A stretch of DNA of 64,000 bases from assembly GCA_000934665.2 (NCBI GenBank), contig JYFJ02002748.1, positions 1-64,000 on the forward strand, given 5' to 3'. How positions within the stretch are numbered: position 1 is the stretch's first letter; the number at the start of each line of letters is the position of its first letter. Shown here in pieces: positions 11,437 to 21,563 of the stretch. The DNA is from Catajapyx aquilonaris. Lineage: Eukaryota. Both the position numbers and the translations under genes were made by a program. The notes under the pieces are model-generated. The model saw nothing but the letters and a program-made list of their open reading frames with translations. It was not told where the DNA came from and ran no database searches.

Positions 11437-14400
11437 ATGGAAGAAGTTCACAAGCAAATGATACGGAAGAATCTGTCTACTTTGGTGGAACACACAGATC
11501 TGGATTCCTTGTGGGAAAAGTTAACAGGCAGAGCCATTATATCTGAAAGTAAAATGACATCAATCAAGGTAGGAATTACATGCAGCTAAAAAGCTGCCTA
11601 GTTTTTAGATATAATTATCCATTTATTGTTCTCTCTTTTTGTTCGGGGTGAGGGGAGGTTGGGTTTTCTATACTGTATACCAATATCCAGAAACTCATAT
11701 CTGCGTTTTTTTTATTCGCCCTAACTCAAGTTCTGCTGTAGGTAGAGCTTCCATAATTTGAACACAGATCCCCACCCTCGTGAAGTACATTCCTACCATT
11801 TATGGCTAAACTCAATTCCTCTTCAAAACTCCACAAAAAATTTAAACCCCCTAAAAAATACGTTTTCATTTTTTGCTCAATAACTATTCGGAATTTGGTT
11901 TCTTCATCAAAGAGCTGAATGCGCAGTAGGATGGTGCGGATCTACGTTCAAAACCTCACAGTTCCACCTGCTACAGGATGGGAGTTATGATTTTTTTTCC
12001 CCCAATTTTTTCCGCCAAATACTTCATTTGTTCATGAATCCATCACCTAGCAATGTTAATTCTTATTTTACCGACTTGCCATATTATTACCGAAATGTTA
12101 CCCCGCTGCTCTAGGGTGAACGCATTGTACTTGTTACATTTGAATCTGGATCGGGGAGGTGTGGTGGCCGAGATGGTAACGTCTCGGCTTGCTGAGTGAA
12201 AGGTCCCAGGTGGATCCCCGCCTGGGGAACTTTCCTTTCACCTGCGTCAGGAGGGTCTCTGGCCTGCACCAAGGAGGTGTCTGGCAACCTAACCTCCTGG
12301 GGAACAGCACATGACCCGTAGCTACGACATTGCACCTTGCACCCATGTTCGCTCCCCAAAAATCCCTATCCTTTCCCATTGTCCCTGTTTCCTTGCACCG
12401 GAGAATGAAGTGAAAATATACTGTATACAGAAAACTGAGGGTGGTAAGCCACCCCCCTATAGCTCACGTAAGGGACATCACGGGGTAAAATAAAATTAAT
12501 AATAATAATAATAATAATAATTGAATCCGGATATAACAGCCTCGGCTATAACAGACTTTTGGTTGTAAATGCCGGTTCCGGCATGCTTCATCCATAAGGC
12601 CCTGTGTATTTGACTGCTGATTTAACAGACTCATTTAAACCTCACCTAGGGTATAACAGACCATTTCTTGGCCCCTTGGTGGGAAAATATACCATAGTTT
12701 TCCAGGCAAATAAAATTTGCAGAAGCAAATTTTGGATCTTTTGGTCCTGCATTATTTTCGGGTGAGCTAATATTGCATTTTTGACAGATTTCATTAATAG
12801 GTATGTAGTCTAATAGTGCGTATTACAGCCATATTGTAAGCAGAAATCTCTGTTTTCGTTGCGTGACGATTCGGCCATAACAGACGTCTTGGTTATAACA
12901 TACTTTTTCCGCGGTCTCTTGAAGTTTGTTTTATCCGGATTCAACTGTAGGCTACTATTAACCCATTCGCTACCTGCTATATCACCATCGCCAGGTATTA
13001 CCAGCCAACTGTTAACCTGATTTAATTATGAAATTATGTTACACTGTGCAGAATATCTACCTTGAAAAACATGCCAGACGAATTTGCTGAAATCGTCGCA
13101 TTTCGCGAAAATTAAATCAGTTTGGGAGTTTTCAGATGTGACGGAGGAAAGTCGCAGATAAGTATTGATTTAATTATTGCAAAGTACCACCATTTCAGAA
13201 AATTCGTCTGGTACAGTTCTCAATGTATATATTCCGTATATTTTAACGTACACGCTATTTCATAATTAAATCAGACTAACAGTTGGCTGGTAGCACTCGA
13301 ATCCCGTTTTATAACGACTATCTCTGAGAAAATCATTTTAGGAACTTCCAAGCGACGAAAATTGTCTCCAACACATTCTTGGTGCAGACTGTAGTGTAGA
13401 GCATAAACGTGTTAGTATAATATGATACGTATAGCACTATAACTGTTATTATTTGTAAAATATATTGTCCTTATCTTCAGTACGTGTATGAGAAAATCTA
13501 GGCGATGGCGGTATAGCTGGTAGCGAAGGGGTTTAAAAAAAAGAACTGAAATAAGAGCAAAAACATTCCCTCTAGCGAAAAAAAAGGGTAGTAAGACCTC
13601 CGTGGCAGAATGAAAGTACTGAAACAAGGCAGGCGCACGTAAGACCTTCACCACAGGTCTTACTCAAGCAATTCTCAAGTACCGTACTGTATGGAACGGC
13701 TCGTAAAAATTACTGAGCATGCAAACTACTCAGAGCAGTAGGCAGGGTTTTATTTTGAAAGGGAAAAAATGAAGAAGAAAAAACCCTCATCCTCACAGAC
13801 TTGAAAATTTTCGCCGGCTTCAGAAAATGCAGAATCAAATGGAAAAAAAACCTCTAAAATTCACCAATTATTTACGTTTACATTGTGAAAAATAAAACAT
13901 TAAGAGTTAAAATCAGCATCTAAAAGAGGTGACGATTCTGCACGAATGTTTCATGGCAATAAATTTGCACCAATCGTATAGTCGGCTAATTAAATGTGCT
14001 CAATATTGAAGTTCCTCATTTCAGAAAACACTTACATGGAGTGGCTCATGGAAAATTAATGGGTGGAATTTTCGTCGTACTACTAGTAACAATAGTTACT
14101 GCTAACTTAGCAGTACCATTGCACTACACTGGTACTGCTAAGATAGAAGTAACTAGTAGTAAGTTACACCAAAAATTCCACAAATTGTTTTCAGAAAGGA
14201 GACTTCATGAGCAGTAAATTGGAAATTGCTTGAGTAAGACCTATGGTACAGCTTAAATCAGTTGGTGAAGGTCTTACGTGCGCCTGCCTTGTTTCAGTAC
14301 CTTCATTCCGCCGCGGAGGTCACTGAAGGGAATGTTTTTGCTATTATTAGAGAAAATGTTACTGCAAGAAGATGATGTAAGTCACTAAAATGCTAAGCAG

Positions 14401-16526
14401 AGCAGAAAGAGTGGAGAGTGTGGAGCTCCCCTCGTGCCTGCCATCTGTTTCTTGGAGTTGTCTCAATTAACAGCCTCGGCTTTTCTATGTATTGATCTTT
14501 TACTCTGCAATTACCTCAATGCTTATTTTATACTTTGCAATGGATTACTTCAGTCCTGCACTTTCAGGCAATAGAGGATGCTGAGATGCAGAAGACAACT
14601 TTCTATCGTGAGGTGATGAAACGTGGTCCATCAGCTTTTTCAGCCTTGGTTGACTCTCTAGCAGAGAGCAACCAAATTGATCTTGCAAAATGTTTGAATC
14701 CAACATTTGAGAGGCAGTCTCAAATGGATCTCTGTATAGATGGGTTAGTACTGCATTAGTCTTACATTGTTGGCATGCAAGTGAAATTCACAAAATCCAA
14801 AAAACCAATTTCAAGATAATCGAATGCAAAGATTTGACCTTGTTCTGGATGCTAGTGACGACAGAAAATCCTGGATTGGTGGTTCCTTACGAATATTTAG
14901 AACTAAATGGACTTGACCAGGTGATATGGCAAAAAAAAGCTAATTGGTAGTGTGATTAAACAAAATAATCAATATTGTGTCAGACTTGGAATAGCAGATG
15001 AAACCTCCTTTACCCCAATTGCAATGCACTCAACTTGATGTTGCGCAGTTTCAGTTCAGTCCTTTATTATACCACATGTGACCTTTTTTTAAAAATAAAT
15101 ATTTTCTCGTATTACAGCCGACTGAGTATAAAAATCAAGACATCTTCCCAGCACTACTTGGAGTTATTACCTCAAGGAAGTGAGGTAATGCAGTTTTACT
15201 AGTTTAATGCACACTACTGCACATGCAACTTTTTAGACATGAAAACATGAAATGTTATTCCAATTTTCAATATTTTCATGATGCTTCACTTAATAAATAT
15301 CCATGTCACTACAGGCATATGAAATAGACTCAACCCCAAGAGGATATGCACTCATCATCAACAATATACACAATGGTAGAGCAGCCTGCAAGACAGCAGC
15401 AGAGATTGATGGTGAAAATATGAGGGATTTGTGGACAGAATTGGGATACACTACACAATACCACAGCAACTGCTGCAAAGACGTAATACTGATCATACTT
15501 TATTTGATGAATCATGAAACATTTTAATTTACTGCAATGGCGCCTCATGTTGTCTCTAGGAATTTGTGACAGTGATCACTGAGTTTGCAAGGGCAGATCA
15601 TTGGAAAAAAGTGAGCTCATGCATTGTTGTGATCATGGGCCATGGTGATGAAGAAGGGATTGAAACTTATAATCCGGATTACGATAGTGTCTCATACAGA
15701 TGGATTTTGGAGCAATTCAACAATAAGAATTGTTTGAAGCTGCATGAAAAACCCAGGGTGGTGTTCTTCAATAGCTGCAGGTGACGTATTAGCGCTTAAT
15801 GAACTGTACTTTTATGTTAACTATGTAAAAACTATGTAAATCTATGTAAAGAGCACTTCAATAATCATGTTAAATTTTCAGGGGTAGCGTAAGAGACAGA
15901 GGAGTTTCCAGACTCTATGCAGATCAAGACCAAGATCTGTCTTCTGACTACAGTTTGGATAGAATCAGTACCCACTCAGACATGTTCATTTATTCAGCCA
16001 CAATTCCAGGTAAGCTCATAAGTTATATTTACCCTACTGTAATTAGGAAGTCATCTGATGACAATAATAATAATAGGCCTACATATGCATAGAAATTATT
16101 ATGGCAGATGTTGCTAAATCAATTATTTTCATTATAACACATTGTACTTTTCTTGTTGCTTCTACCATTTTTCTTGCTACACAAAATTATCCAAAATTAA
16201 GAATTGGCATAAACAATAAGTACAAAATTATGGTTTTTCACAGGATACAAAGCATTTACAACTACCCAAGGAAGCTACTTTGTGCACGCCATTTGTTCCA
16301 TTTTTATGGAATATGCATGCACAATGGATTTGGCATCTATGATGGAAAGGGTAAGTGAAATACACTGGTGTAACTGTAGGATGGTCATTGAATAACTATG
16401 GCCTAATCCATTCAGGTAACAAAGGAAGTCCATGACACACGCAAGAATCACCTCTATCAACAGACTGTACAGGTTGAATTACAAGGTGTTGCAAAAAAAT
16501 TGTACTTTAACCCAATGCATCAGTAG
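11437..16526 (+). CDS. Caspase B: CARD-containing Dronc-like paralog with a non-canonical active site (NSCRG), 8 coding exons, about 369 aa
   Basis: Exons 11437-11568, 14568-14743, 15118-15184, 15315-15482, 15560-15780, 15882-16009, 16244-16350 and 16416-16526; all GT-AG, 1110 nt in frame with no internal stop, same intron positions and phases as caspase A. Motifs KRGPSAFSALV, IMGHG, KPRVVFFNSCRG, GYKAFTTTQGSYFV and KKLYFNP. Confidence 0.9.
12110..12520 (+). mobile_element. Possible 3' fragment of a non-LTR retroelement ending in an (AAT)n tail
   Basis: GC-richer block inside an AT-rich intron, ending in AAAATAAAATT(AAT)7-8 that directly abuts and truncates the left TIR of the next MITE. No RT motif was recognised. 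Confidence 0.35.
12521..12947. mobile_element. Tigger/pogo-type MITE with truncated left end
   Basis: TTGAATCCGGATATAACA ... TGTTTTATCCGGATTCAACTG followed by TA; several internal (T)ATAACAGAC subterminal repeats. Confidence 0.7.
12958..13536. mobile_element. piggyBac-type MITE with an internal second inverted-repeat pair
   Basis: TTAA-CCCATTCGCTACCTGCTATATCACCATCGCC ... GGCGATGGCGGTATAGCTGGTAGCGAAGGGGT-TTAA; internal inverted repeats at 12999-13034 and 13257-13292. Confidence 0.7.
13554..14343. mobile_element. Non-autonomous DNA element with long (about 120 bp) terminal inverted repeats
   Basis: AGCAAAAACATTCCC...GTACTGAAACAAGGCAGGCGCACGTAAGACCTTCACCA..GGTCTTACTCAAGCAATT is mirrored at 14224-14343. 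Confidence 0.7.
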
Positions 16527-17602
16527 ACTATTCTTGCTGATTACATTGAACAACTCATGTTCAGACAGTGTCTGACAACGTACATAATATTAAATTTTTT
16601 TGGCACGCATATGCAACAGTTAATCTGCCTATGGTTCTTTGGAGGAGGGATGATTATTATTTTGTTTTGTATGCATAATCTTATTAAAACAATTAAACTG
16701 CTGCATGTAATAAATTTTTACACCGACATTTGTTTACTCCTGTCACATTTGCATGTTATTTCAGTTTCTGAAAGCGTCGAACTAGCAACATTCTGTCAAT
16801 GGTTTCTGATAATGTGCGACCCTTGAACTGCCTATGCCTGTGGCCTGGATTGGGATGCAACAAGCTACACAAAAATAACAGCTTCTAGCAATATTTCCTG
16901 TAACTAAAAGTGCTTGTATACTTGGAACACCCTGTATTTTAATATTCCTTGTTTTGGGTGCAAAATGGTACCGCCTGATCTTTCTGTATCCAAAATTAAA
17001 CACTGATTAAGTGCACGTCCAAGCTGAAAATACTGTAGATGTTAACTCCAGATAAATATTATTACAGATGTGACAAATTATGTGAACTTAAACTTTATCT
17101 AATCACATGTATCACTTACATTTGATGTAATGTTCCCATGTGCAAAAATAGTACAGTATACTTTACATGATAAAATGTGCTACTCCACTTCAGATTATTA
17201 TTTAAGGAACCTTCCTAGGAATCGTCAATGGCAGGTACTGCAAATGTACTGTACAAGACTTCTCAATTGAATGTTACCTTAGATGCTTAGAGAAATTTAT
17301 AGTATACAGTATATTGCAATTTTCTTGCAAGAATCATTCAAGTACATTGTATCAAAAGATCATCCATATTTATATTGTAACGGAACTGCTCCAAAATTAT
17401 GCTCCTCTCTCATCTGGGTTGATAGGATTACTTCTTATCTGAATGCAAGCAGGGAGCAAGGTTAAGTGTCTTGGGATTGAAATGTATTCCTAATCTTATC
17501 AGGCAGGGAGGGGTGCACACTTGCTGCAAGAGCAGCGTAAGAGTTACAGGGATATTGGAAGCTCTTATTTCTCAGTTTCATCTCCCCAGTGGCACAATCA
17601 TA

Positions 17603-19483
17603 ATGGAAGCACAGCATAAGCAGGCAATAAAGAAAAACTACTCATTATTGGCAGGAAACACTAATTTGGATACATTGCTGCAGAAGCTTGAAGGAATAGG
17701 TCTCTTATCTGATAAGTGTATAGCTACCATTAAGGTAAGAATATATAAATGATTAATTTTTTGTTTCATAAAACACTTTTTAAAATAGTAACATTGCTCT
17801 TCTTAATTAACTAAAGTAAAACTGCTCTTATCATTTTTCATATTTAGAGTAAACCTGCACATGAACAAAATGCAGTCTTCTACCAAGAGATTACGAAACG
17901 AGGTTCATCTGCCTTTGAAGCATTGATTCATGCTCTAGCTGAAAGTGGTCAGAGTCAGATTGCCACAGTTCTAGACCCAAAATTTGATGCTGAAAGTTAT
18001 CTGAAAGGACTAGCCACTGGCACACCCGAATTCATTTTCAGTGCAGATGGGTTTGTACACCACCGTCACTATTGCCAGCAAGAAAAACTTGTAAATAACT
18101 GGTACTGTATGTTAATTTTTTCAGAACAGAAAAAGTACGTGCAGGCATGTTGCCTATGAGCATCAGAACATCAGATGATCATTACACAAAATTTTTGCCA
18201 AAGCATTGTGAGGTAAGGTGTATTTTTCCATGCCTTGAATTCAATATTTAGCGATCTCTTGCTTTTACAGGCATACACCATGGAGTCAAACCCAAGAGGT
18301 TATGCTCTCATCATTAACATCATATTCAGAGGTACACCATCCTTCAGGGAAGGTGCTGATATTGACGGAGAAAACATGAAAAATTTGTGGTTAGGAATGG
18401 GTTACGAAGTTGAGTACTATGAGGATTTAAAGAAACAGGTGTGATCTTTTAATTATTATTATTTTTATGCTATAATGTAATTACCTATTTATTTATTCTG
18501 TAAACTTTTTAGAGTGCTGAAGATAAGATGGAAAAATTTTCCAAGAAAAACTTCAGTAAAGTAGATTCATGTGTTGTTGTGATGATGAGTCATGGATTAT
18601 TGGAAGGAATTCAGACTGCAGATGGCTGCCTTCTCGAGTACATTTGGATTATGGACAAATTCAATAACAGAAATTGTCCATCTTTGCAAGAAAAACCAAG
18701 AATATTTTTCTTCCAAGCCTGCAGGTATAATAGATGTCTACATGCCATTCTCGTAAATACCGGTATATAATTTTATTTCTAATCCATCACTTTTTCGCTT
18801 CATCACTGATATTTGGTAACTGGTGTACCCTGCACCTTTCACTGGGTGCAACTCTGAATTATGAAGCACTGCTGTATATATGCAGCCTACACTAAAGTTT
18901 TAACTTAAATTTTGATTACAGAGGCAATACACAGGATACTGGAGTACCTGTAGCAGGGCTACAGATGCATGCTGATCGCCTTCCTGAACCAATGGGACCT
19001 GTAACAATCACTAACACTTATCTGGACACATTTTATTACAATGCTACAATTCCAGGTGAGGTGTCGCTGTCATGGAGCCTAATATTGAGCTAATTATTAA
19101 TACTTTTGATTTCTTGTAATACTCGTACATCTGCAGTTCTGCCCTTGCGACTGTGATGTTGCAATATTCGCTTCTACTCTACAGGTTACGCAGCATTTCG
19201 CTGCTGTCTAGGAAGCCTCTTTCTTCTCTCCATTTGTGATGTCTTTATGGACTTTGCATATGAACTGGATTTGGCATCTATGATGGAGAAAGTAATAATA
19301 CTTCAGGTGGTCACTTAGGTTTAAAATGACTGATACATTCACTTCTCATCATTACAGGTCACAGTGAAAGTTAACAAACTGTGCCAACTGGGGGATTATA
19401 GGCAAACAGTGAATGCAGATCTTCGAGGTGTCCAGAAGAAATTGTACTTCAACCCTCCAAAGCTACCAGGAACACTTGTGTAG
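17603..19483 (+). CDS. Caspase C: CARD-containing Dronc-like paralog, 8 coding exons, about 389 aa
   Basis: Exons 17603-17734, 17848-18050, 18125-18212, 18271-18438, 18513-18724, 18922-19055, 19185-19291 and 19358-19483; all GT-AG, 1170 nt in frame. Motifs KRGSSAFEALI, REGADID, MMSHG, KPRIFFFQACRG, GYAAFR...GSLF and KKLYFNP. Confidence 0.92.
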
Positions 19484-19527
19484 AATGCATACCAAACATG
19501 TACTTCAAATATGTTCAGATAAATGAC

Positions 19528-19597
19528 GGGCTCGGGAGTAAACAATGGTAAGGGTATGGGTGTTACATATCCCTTACCATTGTTTACTACTGAGCCC
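19528..19597. repeat. 70-nt near-perfect inverted repeat (hairpin) just after the caspase C stop codon
   Basis: GGGCTCGGGAGTAAACAATGGTAAGGG (19528-19554) pairs with CCCTTACCATTGTTTACTACTGAGCCC (19571-19597) at 25/27 Watson-Crick positions. Confidence 0.85.
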
Positions 19598-20519
19598 TTC
19601 AAATGTAAAAATGACGTCATAAGCGCATTTTAATAGATGGATATCATTATGAGTCTTATTGTGTTATACCAACATTCTTTATAAATCCGTACACCTCTTC
19701 ATTCCTCCACCGCCGGTATCCATTTCCTCATATCCGCCCTCATTACCCTAGGCAAGAGTTATTAGCTCTTGCCCTAGGCTACAGTCCCTCACAATGTGCC
19801 CCATATTCTCCTCCCCCTCCCCACACAATAAACAGTTCCTATCCTTTTCTGTTTTTTTTTTAGATGTCTTGAATTATTGTACTGCACTTTGAACAAGCAG
19901 GAATCAGGTGAAGTATCACAGAATTAAGCTGGAACATGTAGCCTATTCCAGCCTGTCTATAGGATAATAATAGGCCATCATTACAGAAGTTACTGAAGAT
20001 TGAAAATGGGAAAATATGAGTGAGTGTTGAATCCATAACTGGCTATAGGAGGCAGCCTATACATAGGCTTACGTAAAATTCTATCAGTACCCTGCAGGGA
20101 AGGATGGCATGGGGACATCCAACCATCCAACCCTGCCATCCATCCAACCCTGATCCAGCCATCCAACCCTGAAGTCTTACTAACTTGGACAATCCCTTCC
20201 ACAGATTGGTTTCTCTTGTTGCAATGGTTTTGATAGATTCTGCTGGTTTCGGCTGGTTTCTTGGGTTATACTGCTTCCTCCCCGTCTCAAAATCCATCAC
20301 CTTTGTAGTCAATAATAATAATAAACTATGAAACAGGTTCGTTGTTTGTCGTTCTTTTGATCCCAAACACCCGCCATTTTCCCCAGCCAGTACCCAGGAT
20401 GCCAATGCCCTTTTAACTGTATACACCGTATACGCATTAATTTTTATCCCACATTAATGACATGAAGTTTTATGTATTTCGTATGTTCCGGTTATTGGTT
20501 GTAGTTCTCTTTTTAATTC

Positions 20520-20643
20520 CCAATTTTAAAGTGGCGACCTTCTGCGTTGGCTCCACTGCGCTCCAAGATGGCCGCTCCCTGGTAGTCGACTGCTGCTCTC
20601 GTCTCATCCGCCCAGATTTTCTTTCCTCCCTTGGAAAGTGCAG
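20520..20643 (+). promoter_or_regulatory. Probable promoter and non-coding first exon of the USF3-like gene
   Basis: CpG-rich patch with a YY1-type motif CAAGATGGCCGC, ending at a donor CAG|GTAACT at 20643/20644. The next acceptor TTCTTCTCAG (21520) precedes the ATG. Confidence 0.5.
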
Positions 20644-21563
20644 GTAACTAGCCCATCCTGTTGACGAGTGACCTTGTTGGAACCTCTTCTCAGCAACATC
20701 CAAGACGATTTTTTGAGCACAGTTTGGCACAGCCTGTGTCAAAACATGTAACATGGACATGGAAACCTTACTTTCCTCCTCGGGATTGTTACGTATTCTT
20801 CGCCACGCTTTGGGAGCAGGAAGAACTCGAAATTTTATGGGCATGACAGGCTATAAAATTATCCAATATGATGTGAAATTCGGTTGAATCATGGCAACAA
20901 TATTTCATTTAGAGAAATTCGCTGCATCTGGAGGTTTAGCGTCAGACTGAGAACTGACGTGTAATTTTTTGAGACACAGTTTGCCATGTATGTGCAGCAG
21001 GTTTCAATAGGTTAGCTTATTTAGAAACAACACAGTGGGCTGTGAAGTTGGACATTGGAATGGTGGCAGCTTGAAAATGTCATTTTTCGTACACCCCAGA
21101 TGATTGCATGCTCCAGATTGGTGCAATTTACAGTTTCTCACAATAGGAAGATTTTGTCTTAAATGCAGTAAGAGTTAAATGAGTTTAAACTATTTGTAGG
21201 CACTACATCACGTGACAACAGCAAAAATGAGGAAGATGGGAATAAAAAGCATGGGAATGAAAATAAACTTGAATTAATCCATTTGTAACAAAAATTATGT
21301 CAAACATGATTTTACCTCATCAAGCGGCCACAAGCTATCAGGAATTCTCTCGGTTACAAGACACCAACATTTTCCTAAACCTTACCATTCAGGAATTTCA
21401 TAGTGCAGCCACTTTTAAAATACGTAAAACCGCATGACACTTAAGAATATTAATGGAAAGTTTCGCCAATTATTTCTGCAATAGTGTTGAATAGTGAATG
21501 TAAATTTTTCTTCTTCTCAGTATTGCCTGCAGTGATGTGACACACTCAGCACAAGCCACAGAC

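Noticed and set aside
2830..17602. One shared leader exon alternatively spliced to three caspase cassettes
   Set aside because: Each ATG exon is preceded by an acceptor, but B and C have their own nearby candidate donors (GAA|GTTAGT at about 11363; CAGC|GTAAGA at about 17537) and each gene has its own AATAAA, so independent genes are the simpler reading.
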